From sequence record SRR20825019_2778: DNA of 51,950 nucleotides, one strand, 5' to 3'. The notes below the pieces were generated by a model. It worked only from the letters and a program-made list of their open reading frames with translations, was not told the DNA's origin and ran no database searches. Positions 1 to 7,980 of this stretch are shown piece after piece. The stretch's first letter is position 1. Every line of letters starts with the position of its first letter. The position numbers and the translations under genes were made by a program.

Positions 1-58
1 TCGAACCAGGGACACAGGGATTTTCAATCCCTTGCTCTACCAACTGAGCTATCGAGCC
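1..58 (-). tRNA. tRNA-Phe (GAA), 3' end cut off by the window edge
   Basis: Reverse complement reads GGCTCGATAGCTCAGTTGGTAGAGCAAGGGATTGAAAATCCCTGTGTCCCTGGTTCGA: D-arm, anticodon loop TTGAAAA and T-loop GTTCGA. Confidence 0.97.
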
Positions 59-71
59 GATAAGGCTGCGT

Positions 72-100
72 ATTAAACCTTGTGCGGGGCCTTGTGTCAA
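72..100 (-). promoter_or_regulatory. sigma70 promoter for tRNA-Phe
   Basis: TTGACA-N17-TTTAAT followed by a GC-rich discriminator (ACGCAGCC), just upstream of the tRNA 5' end. Confidence 0.8.
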
Positions 101-424
101 GGGTAAAGCCCGAATAATTGTTTAGGCTTTTTGATGCTTGTTTGCAGGTGAGGTGGTCTCTGGTGTTGCTCAAACTCCTGAATGAAGGCTGGCCGGTAGC
201 TTAGATTTTAATCGCTGTGGAATGCTCCATCGCTCTGCTAGAACCGCTACAGGTAAGTGACCGAACTTTTAATGACGACGGTTGTTTTGTCAGCCTGTTG
301 TTAATCGCTTTTGTTATATATAGGGAAACGCTGAACTGCAATTGGGCATTTGCCCAAACTTGTCGAGGGCATGGCAGCATGCTCTAATGGCTGCTGATTT
401 TGTCCTGAATAAGTTGGGAAAAAG

Positions 425-1525
425 ATGGCATCACGCAACAAACTTTCCTTATGGTTGACGCTGGCCCTGCTGCTTATTGTTGCCTTTGCGGTACCGCTGA
501 TCGCCGATAAATCATGGCCTTCATTGATAAATGCCGGCCTGGAGCGATATGCCGATGCAGCAGAGCGGGCGTCTAAAATCGGTGAGGAAGAAGATGATGA
601 CGATGAGCGCGAGAGCGCCGAGCCGATGCTGGTTGAGCTCAATGATGAGGTAAAAAACGCCGCTGGTATTGAACTGATGACTATGCAGCAGGATCTGTAC
701 TATCCAGAGTCCCGGGCTTATGCCAGTGTTGTTGATGTCCGTGATTTGATTCAGTGGCGAACTCGACTCAAGCAACTGGAAGTGGCGTTGGATCTGGCGC
801 AAATGCAAGAGCGGGCGCAATTACTGGAACTGAATCGTCTGCGTAAGCTGGCTGAAGCCACCGGCAGTATTGCCAGTAAGAATATCAACTATGCCGAGTC
901 AAACTGGCAACAGGCACGCGCAAAACGCCGGGCCGCTGAATTGGCTTTGGAAGCCGCCAGAACCGAGTTGACGCAAGGTTGGGGTGAAGTAGTTGCTTCC
1001 TGGGTATCAGATGAAGATTCGAAAGAATTCGAGCGGCTGGTAACACGCCAGGACACCTTAATCCAGATTACCCTGCCGGTCGCATTGAGTCTGCCCGCTG
1101 ATGTCAATGTGATCCGGGTATCACGTCAGGGCCAGCGTGACACGGCCAGAAAAGCGTATTACGTGTCACCGGCTTTTGTTGCTAATTACGCAGCACAGGG
1201 TGAAACCTATTATTTCCGGATGGCGACCGGCAAACTTCGTCTCGGCATGCGCCTCCATGCCTGGATTCCCCGTAACGCTGAAGGGCTTGAGGGCTTTTTC
1301 ATTCCTGAACGCGCCATTGTCTGGTATTCCGGCAAGCCCTGGACTTATGTTCAGCAGGATGAGCAAACTTATCGCCGCCGACCACTGGCGGAAGGTGAGG
1401 CTATCGCGGGTGGTATTTTCATTCAATCTCAATTTAAAGAGGGCGAGTCACTGGTGGTGGCAGGCTCTCAGATGTTGTTATCAGAAGAATTCCGCTGGCA
1501 GATCCTGGATGAAGACGATGATTGA
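425..1525 (+). CDS. RND efflux periplasmic adaptor (membrane fusion protein), CzcB/CusB-like
   Basis: N-terminal TM anchor, helical hairpin, C-terminal IPERAIVW...LLSEE; directly upstream of an RND permease. Confidence 0.85.
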   Translation: MASRNKLSLWLTLALLLIVAFAVPLIADKSWPSLINAGLERYADAAERASKIGEEEDDDDERESAEPMLVELNDEVKNAAGIELMTMQQDLYYPESRAYASVVDVRDLIQWRTRLKQLEVALDLAQMQERAQLLELNRLRKLAEATGSIASKNINYAESNWQQARAKRRAAELALEAARTELTQGWGEVVASWVSDEDSKEFERLVTRQDTLIQITLPVALSLPADVNVIRVSRQGQRDTARKAYYVSPAFVANYAAQGETYYFRMATGKLRLGMRLHAWIPRNAEGLEGFFIPERAIVWYSGKPWTYVQQDEQTYRRRPLAEGEAIAGGIFIQSQFKEGESLVVAGSQMLLSEEFRWQILDEDDD

Positions 1526-1620
1526 TTGGTTTTATGCTGAAGCGGATAAAATCTGTTTATCAGATGTTCAGGACACGCTATCAGTTGTCTCCATACAGTC
1601 AGGTTTTGTGAGAAAGTCTG

Positions 1621-4600
1621 ATGCTGTCTAAGTTAGTTGCCTTTTCAGTTCGTTTCCGTGGTGTTGTGGTGGCGCTCGCTTCGCTGATGCTGATCTACGG
1701 CTTTTATAAGCTGTCCAATGCCAGCCTCGATATTTTTCCCGAATTTGCTCCCAAGCAGGTCATTATTCAGACCGAAGCGCAGGGACTCACCGCCGAACAG
1801 GTCGAGATCCTGGTCACACAGCCACTGGAGAATGCCCTGCGCGGCCTGGTCGGTTTGCAGTCTATCCGTTCACAATCGATTCCCAGTCTGTCGGTCTTGA
1901 TTCTGACTTTTTATGACAGAACGGATATCTATCTCGACAGGCAATTGGTGTCAGAACGACTACTGGGCCTGCAGGATAAATTACCTGCCGGTGTGGAAAC
2001 GCCGGTGATGGTACCGCTGGAATCCTCTTCCGGCACCGTGATGACCATTGGTCTGACCTCTGAAACGCATAATCTGATGGAATTACGGTCACTGGTGGAC
2101 TGGACTTTGTCACCCCGGCTGCTGAGTGTCGAGGGGGTTGCCGATATCAATGTGTTCGGCGGCCATGAGCGGCAACTGCAAATTCAAATCGATCCGAACA
2201 AGCTGGCTCAGTTCGACCTGTCTGTTGAAGACGTGGCCCAGGCGGCGCGCCAGGCCACCGGCATTATGGGCGCAGGCTATATTGAAAACCCGAACCAGCG
2301 GATGGCGCTGCAGGTGATTGGGCAGCCTTTGACCGCGGAGCAACTGGCCAAGGTCGTGATTCGGAAAAACGGTGTCGATATTCTCCATCTGGGCGATGTT
2401 GCGACGGTCAAAACCGCGCCGGCGCCGACCATTGGCGGGGCGGCCGTGGGCACGGTACCGGGTGTCGTGCTGATGGTGATCGGTCAGTATGATGCCGAAA
2501 CCCTGGCGATTACCGAAGGTGTTGAGGCGGCGCTGGCCGAGTTTGAGGACGGCTTCGAGGCAGAGGGCATTACCCTGCATGACGATTTGTTCCGACCTGC
2601 CAACTATATACAAAGCTCCCTGCACAACATCCAGGAACATCTCTATGTCGGTGGCGGCCTGGTGATGCTGGTACTGGTACTGTTTCTGTTCAATCTGCGT
2701 ACTGCACTTATCTCACTGACTGCGATTCCGCTGTCGATAATGGCGGCGCTGATTGTCTTGCTACAGTTGGGGATCAACATCAATATTATGGTGCTGGGCG
2801 GGCTGGCGATTGCGCTGGGGGAAGTGGTCGATGATGCGATTATCGATACTGAGAATATTTTCCGTCGGCTGCGTGAGAATGCCGCACTGGCTCAGCCTCG
2901 GTCGACACTGGATGTGGTTTATGAAGCCTCAATGGAAGTCCGGAGCTCAGTGGTTTATGCCAGCTTTATCGTGATGCTGGTATTTGTGCCACTGCTGACG
3001 CTCAGTGGTGTTGCCGGCAGGATGTTCGAACCGCTGGGTGAAGCCTATATTCTGGCGATTTTTGCTTCCTTGCTGGTGGCGCTGACCGTGACGCCGGCCT
3101 TGTGTCATATATTGCTCGCAAGTAAAGGGGATATCAGCGATCGTGAACCGCCGATCATCCACTGGCTTAAACCACACTACGGAAGAGCGTTACGTTCAGT
3201 CAGTCAGGCTCCGCGAATGACGATTGCCGGTGTCATGCTTTTCTGTGCAGCTGGTATTGGTATCTTGCCGCTGCTTGGGGGAAGCTTTCTGCCAGAATTG
3301 CGGGAAGGACACTATATTATTCATACCGCCAGTCTGCCCGGCACCTCTATCGGTGAGTCGCTGCGGATAGGCGGTGAGATTGAGAAACGTGTTGCTGAAA
3401 TTCCGGGGGTTCGATCCACCTCGCAATGGGCGGGCCGGGCCGAGCGGGGGGCGGATACTTTCGGTACCTACTACAGTGAGTATGAGATTGATCTGGAACC
3501 TTTGGATGGCGCCGGTCAGCAGCGGGTACTGGATGAAATCCGGGATATTCTGGAAGCCTTTCCCGGCATTAACTCTGAAGTAAACTCCTTCCTGACCGAG
3601 CGGATTGACGAGACGATTTCCGGTTATACCTCACCGGTGGTGGTCAATATTTATGGTCAGGATCTGGAAGCCCTGGATCGAAAGGCTAAAGAAGTCGCTG
3701 CGGTAATGCAGGATATTGAAGGCGCGGCGGATGTGCAGTTGCGAGCACCACCGAGTGAGCCACAACTGGAGATCAGACTTGATCTGGATAGCCTGGCTTT
3801 CTGGGGGCTGACGCCGAAAGAGGTCATGGATACCCTGAAAACCGCTTATGACGGGGTTGCTGTTGGTCAGGTGTATGAAGGCAACCAGGTGTTTGATGTG
3901 GTGGTGATTGTGCCCGAAGCGCTTCGGCAGCAGCCGCGGCATGTGCGTGAATTACCGATACGCGCGGCCGATGGGTTTATGCTGAGTCTGCAGGATGTGG
4001 CGACGATTCAACAGGTGTCAGGCCGTCATGCGATTTTGCATCGTGATGCCCAGCGCTTGCAGACCGTGACTTGTAATGTCAGCGGCAGGGATCTGACCTC
4101 GTTCTTTGATGAGCTGCGCGAGCGGGTGCATGAGGAGGTCGACTTCAGTGCCGATATCTATCCGGAATTCACCGGTGCCGCGATTGCTCAGGCCCAGTCC
4201 CGCGAAGACCTGATTGTGCATTCCAGCCTGGCCGGTATTGCTGTGTTGCTGTTGCTTTTCCTGGCGCTGCGTAGTGTCAGGAATGTGTCGCTGGTTTTAA
4301 TCAATCTGCCATTCTCGCTGGTAGGCGGTGTGATCGCAGTATTGCTAACGAATGGGGTGCTATCGATTGGTTCCATGGTGGGCTTTGTCACCCTGTTCGG
4401 GATTACCTTAAGAAACTCCATCATGCTGGTATCGCATTATCAGTATCTGGTGGTGGAAGAAGGTGCTGAGTGGAATCTGGAAACTGCCATTCGCGGTGCC
4501 CAGGAACGGCTGCCGTCGATTCTGATTACGGCGCTGGTTACGGCGCTTGCGATGCTGCCGATTGCCGTTAATTCAGATAATCCCGGCCGTGAAATTATGG

Positions 4601-4713
4601 GGCCGATGGCGGCAATCATTATCGGCGGGCTGATCTCGTCGACTATCCTGAATCTGCTGGTCTTGCCCAGCGTCATGCTGCGTTACGGTAAATTCACCAA
4701 ACTGGAAAGCTAA
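1621..4713 (+). CDS. CusA/CzcA-family (HME) RND efflux permease
   Basis: 1030 aa; LDIFPEFAP, TM4 ALGEVVDDAIIDTENIFRRLREN, ERLPSILITAL, two-repeat 12-TM layout. Confidence 0.93.
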   Translation: MLSKLVAFSVRFRGVVVALASLMLIYGFYKLSNASLDIFPEFAPKQVIIQTEAQGLTAEQVEILVTQPLENALRGLVGLQSIRSQSIPSLSVLILTFYDRTDIYLDRQLVSERLLGLQDKLPAGVETPVMVPLESSSGTVMTIGLTSETHNLMELRSLVDWTLSPRLLSVEGVADINVFGGHERQLQIQIDPNKLAQFDLSVEDVAQAARQATGIMGAGYIENPNQRMALQVIGQPLTAEQLAKVVIRKNGVDILHLGDVATVKTAPAPTIGGAAVGTVPGVVLMVIGQYDAETLAITEGVEAALAEFEDGFEAEGITLHDDLFRPANYIQSSLHNIQEHLYVGGGLVMLVLVLFLFNLRTALISLTAIPLSIMAALIVLLQLGININIMVLGGLAIALGEVVDDAIIDTENIFRRLRENAALAQPRSTLDVVYEASMEVRSSVVYASFIVMLVFVPLLTLSGVAGRMFEPLGEAYILAIFASLLVALTVTPALCHILLASKGDISDREPPIIHWLKPHYGRALRSVSQAPRMTIAGVMLFCAAGIGILPLLGGSFLPELREGHYIIHTASLPGTSIGESLRIGGEIEKRVAEIPGVRSTSQWAGRAERGADTFGTYYSEYEIDLEPLDGAGQQRVLDEIRDILEAFPGINSEVNSFLTERIDETISGYTSPVVVNIYGQDLEALDRKAKEVAAVMQDIEGAADVQLRAPPSEPQLEIRLDLDSLAFWGLTPKEVMDTLKTAYDGVAVGQVYEGNQVFDVVVIVPEALRQQPRHVRELPIRAADGFMLSLQDVATIQQVSGRHAILHRDAQRLQTVTCNVSGRDLTSFFDELRERVHEEVDFSADIYPEFTGAAIAQAQSREDLIVHSSLAGIAVLLLLFLALRSVRNVSLVLINLPFSLVGGVIAVLLTNGVLSIGSMVGFVTLFGITLRNSIMLVSHYQYLVVEEGAEWNLETAIRGAQERLPSILITALVTALAMLPIAVNSDNPGREIMGPMAAIIIGGLISSTILNLLVLPSVMLRYGKFTKLES

Positions 4714-4738
4714 ACCTCAGGGACGTTTGGTTGTGTTT

Positions 4739-4809
4739 TATCCGCAGATTTCGCCGATTTTCACAGATAAAAAACGTTTTCTTTAAGTAACCTGTGTAAT
4801 CTGCGGATA
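4739..4809. repeat. Short inverted-repeat element with 9-nt periodic arms (REP/MITE-like)
   Basis: TATCCGCAGATT (4739-4750) inverted as AATCTGCGGATA (4798-4809); left arm is CCGCAGATT/TCGCCGATT/TTCACAGAT. Confidence 0.65.
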
Positions 4810-4831
4810 TAAGCTGGAGCATTGCAGCGGT

Positions 4832-4903
4832 TTAATCCAGCGGGATCAGAAAGGCAATGGCAATAATGCCGACCACAATCAGCAGAAACAGTAAATCAAG
4901 CAT
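4832..4903 (-). CDS. Candidate 23-aa single-TM microprotein MLDLLFLLIVVGIIAIAFLIPLD
   Basis: ATG overlaps the upstream TGA (TGATG); almost wholly hydrophobic; codons (CTG/ATT/GCC) resemble neighbouring genes; below the ORF-track cutoff. Confidence 0.55.
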   Translation of the reverse strand: MLDLLFLLIVVGIIAIAFLIPLD

Positions 4904-6027
4904 CAGGGTTGAATGGCGAAGCTTTGTGTCTGTTCGTTACGCTGCTCGGCAAAGAACAGGTAAATACGTTTGAGCTCATCCGGGCTGAAATGAATCAGGA
5001 TCAATTGCTGGCCGGGATGAATCAGATCCGGATCATGACCCATGGTGTGCGTGCTGAAGTTATAGATATAGCTGGATTCGACTTTCTGGTTCAGAATTCT
5101 TCCCAGAAATGAACTCAAGCCGGTTGGCAGCGGCTCGTCGGCATCAGCCGGAATGGTCACGCTGACGGTCTCTTTATTAGCGGCGATGCCTTCCAGCGAC
5201 AGCCCCTGGCGAAACCGCTGAATCAGTCCAGTCTGGATGATGCCCCACAACCCCTGTCGATCTGCTTCGGTGACACGGTGTAAGTAGAACAGGGCATTGT
5301 CGGGTAGTTCACCGGATTGCACGATGTCTTTGACTGATAACTCTTCCACACCGCGGTTGATAGTCGCAATGACTTCCTGTGACGGTGCCAGATCGGCGTT
5401 TGCCAGTTCACCGGCAGTGATTTGCCGTGTTTGCTTTTTCTCTGTGATCACGGTGATTGCGGCATCAGGCGCCAGGCTTTTGTCATTGAGTAAATCAGCC
5501 AGGGGCGCTTCACGTCGGCTGCCGTCAGGCTGGGCGAGCGTAATGCGCTGGGTTTTATCTTCAATAGTCTGGTCGAGTTCACGCAAAGTCGTCTGCGTTT
5601 CTTCGGTTTCGATATAATTCAGAGTGAGTGGTGTATCGTCACTCAAACTGCCATCTTTCATCAAATCGCCCACGGTGGTATCACGGTGTTCCAGCTTGGG
5701 AATGGCGATGGTGCCGTCATGTCGAACAAATTCGCCCTGTTGTTCGGTGATGATGACGGCTTCATTCTCTGCCGGAGAGGGAGCCAACTCATCGACGAAG
5801 GCTTCTGCCTCCTCTGCCGCGACCTGACTCTGATCAATCGCCGGTTGCAGCGTTTCTTCTGTGATGACCTCTAGCTCCGGCTCCTCGATTTCAATCGGCG
5901 GGGTAACGGTGTGTTCGGTCCGTGACGGTTGCAAATCTGCAAACAGGATATAGCCCAGTACAAACAGGACAACAAGTGCCAGGATGGCTGGAATGAGCGA
6001 TGGTGACGGGCGGGCTGATTTGGCCAT
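4903..6027 (-). CDS. Uncharacterised membrane-anchored acidic protein with ~28-aa repeats and a split LysM-like C-terminal domain
   Basis: N-terminal TM, E/P-rich linker, five degenerate repeats, HRVTEADRQGLWGII...HDPDLIHPGQQLIL; AGGA RBS. Confidence 0.85.
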   Translation of the reverse strand: MAKSARPSPSLIPAILALVVLFVLGYILFADLQPSRTEHTVTPPIEIEEPELEVITEETLQPAIDQSQVAAEEAEAFVDELAPSPAENEAVIITEQQGEFVRHDGTIAIPKLEHRDTTVGDLMKDGSLSDDTPLTLNYIETEETQTTLRELDQTIEDKTQRITLAQPDGSRREAPLADLLNDKSLAPDAAITVITEKKQTRQITAGELANADLAPSQEVIATINRGVEELSVKDIVQSGELPDNALFYLHRVTEADRQGLWGIIQTGLIQRFRQGLSLEGIAANKETVSVTIPADADEPLPTGLSSFLGRILNQKVESSYIYNFSTHTMGHDPDLIHPGQQLILIHFSPDELKRIYLFFAEQRNEQTQSFAIQP

Positions 6028-6052
6028 AACATCCTGCTTTGTGGCTTAAGAG

Positions 6053-7705
6053 TCAGTTCGAGAATAAGCCACTCAATGTGACCGGATCAAGTTTCTGTTG
6101 CCAGCTTTTCATCTGTTCAGGGGCTTGTGACAACTCATCGATAATTTGTCGGGCCTGTTCCTGTGATCTCACCGGTGACGGCGGGATCAAACTGGTCAGG
6201 GCAGCGATCAGTGCTGCGCTGTCTTCGCCATGCTTTTCCAGTGTGGTGACCACGGCTTCCGCCAGTTGCTGCAAATCGACCTGTGACAGGAGGTAGGGAA
6301 TGCGTTTAATCGCTGCCGTTTCAGCGCTTACTTCAATACTGATTGCCAGTCTCTGAAGCAGTGCCTGGTGTTGGTCGAGTAAAGCAAGGGCGGCACTGGT
6401 GAGCGTCAGTCGAACCGGTACCAGAATCGGCCGCGAGGTCACCTCACCGCGGGACACAGCCTGGCGAAATTGTGTTTGCCGAAGCTCAAGGTCTGCAGCC
6501 TGCAAATCAATCAGCAGCGGCGCTTCAGAAAGAACCAGACCGAAACGCTGATGCAAAACCACGATGTCATCCTGTCGGCGTGGTCTTGTCGGTGTTTGTG
6601 CTGCGCTCAGAGATTTGGCAGTAGGCTGAGTGTGATACGGGCTCGCTTTTTCCGTGACCTGCGGTGAGGTCACTACCGGTAACGGCAGTTCGTCCTGAAC
6701 TTTCGCCACATCGGGCTCGTTTTCCAGCGCTTCTTCGACAGCCCGGGTAATCAAGCCGTGAATCAGGCGGGCATCACGAAAGCGCACCTCATGTTTGGTG
6801 GGATGGACATTGACATCGACACGATCCAGCGGCAGGGTCAGGTAGAGCACGTAAGCGGGCTGTCTTCCCGGTGGCAGGGCTTCACCATAAGCCTGACGCA
6901 CGGCATGGTTGATAATGCGGTCACGGATGACCCGGCCGTTGATAAAGAAATACTGCACATCAGTCTGAGCACGATGGGCGCTGTGTTTGCCGACCCAGCC
7001 CTGAAGCCGAATATCCTCAAACTCCTGCTCAAGATAACAGGCGTCACGGGCAAAGCTCTGACCGCATATTTTAGCGATACGTTGTTTATGCTGCGCTTTG
7101 TCAGCGACCGCTGGCAGTTTGATCAGATGATTGTCACCGAAACGGCCACTGAAGCCGATATCAAAGCGGCTCAAAGCCAGCCGGTTGAAGGTGGTGAACA
7201 GATGCTGCAGTTCTGTTTTGTCACTGCGCAGAAACCGGCGTCTGGCCGGCAGGTTGAAAAACAGTTCTGCAACGCTGACGCTGGTGCCGTCAGGATGAGC
7301 CACGGGTTCCGGGCTGTCCGCCTCGCTGTCCAGTTGCCAGCCGCATTCCTGATCAGCTTGTTTGGATGCGAGGGTCAGTCTGGAAACCGAAGCGATACTG
7401 GGCAGGGCCTCGCCGCGAAAGCCGAGACTGGCGATGTGACTGAGTTGTTCACTGCTGTTTATTTTGCTGGTGGCATGGCGACTGAGTGCGAGAGACAGGT
7501 CATCAGGATGAATACCTCCACCGTTATCGGTGACTTTGACTAACTGCCGACCGGCACCTTCTATCTGAATATCAATCTGAGTGGCACCGGCATCGATGCT
7601 GTTTTCGACCAGTTCCTTGAGCACCGATGCGGGGCGCTCGACCACCTCACCGGCAGCAATCTGGTTGGCAAGCTGCAGGGGCAGCGCATGAATACGATTG
7701 ATCAT
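6053..7705 (-). CDS. mutL: DNA mismatch repair protein MutL
   Basis: NQIAAGEVVERPASVLKELVENSIDAGA, GFRGEAL, DVNVHPTKHEV. Confidence 0.98.
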   Translation of the reverse strand: MINRIHALPLQLANQIAAGEVVERPASVLKELVENSIDAGATQIDIQIEGAGRQLVKVTDNGGGIHPDDLSLALSRHATSKINSSEQLSHIASLGFRGEALPSIASVSRLTLASKQADQECGWQLDSEADSPEPVAHPDGTSVSVAELFFNLPARRRFLRSDKTELQHLFTTFNRLALSRFDIGFSGRFGDNHLIKLPAVADKAQHKQRIAKICGQSFARDACYLEQEFEDIRLQGWVGKHSAHRAQTDVQYFFINGRVIRDRIINHAVRQAYGEALPPGRQPAYVLYLTLPLDRVDVNVHPTKHEVRFRDARLIHGLITRAVEEALENEPDVAKVQDELPLPVVTSPQVTEKASPYHTQPTAKSLSAAQTPTRPRRQDDIVVLHQRFGLVLSEAPLLIDLQAADLELRQTQFRQAVSRGEVTSRPILVPVRLTLTSAALALLDQHQALLQRLAISIEVSAETAAIKRIPYLLSQVDLQQLAEAVVTTLEKHGEDSAALIAALTSLIPPSPVRSQEQARQIIDELSQAPEQMKSWQQKLDPVTLSGLFSN

Positions 7706-7749
7706 TCCGCTAGTTTAGCAGTTCATTCGGAGCAAGCTATATTGAAGCT

Positions 7750-7964
7750 AACCACAGAGGCACAGAGTTCACAGAGTGTTTGAGGTATGGTGAGTTATTT
7801 TAGCAGCCTGAGCTCATTGAGCTCTGCATGAGTCGTCACTGGATGCATTAAGCTAAGTTTCGCTGTTTACTGTCCCTAAAGTCATCATTAGCGCCTAATG
7901 CACAGATAAATCATCCAGGACTGTACTTAGGCGTTATCTCTGTGAACTCTGTGCCTCTGTGGTT
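7750..7964. mobile_element. 215-bp non-coding element with perfect 27-bp terminal inverted repeats (MITE/REP-like)
   Basis: AACCACAGAGGCACAGAGTTCACAGAG (7750-7776) and its exact reverse complement (7938-7964); nested internal stems; no target-site duplication seen. Confidence 0.6.
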
Positions 7965-7980
7965 CCATCATAACCAGAGG

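Noticed and set aside
6758..7543. 261-aa plus-strand ORF
   Set aside because: Antisense shadow of mutL with no recognisable motifs
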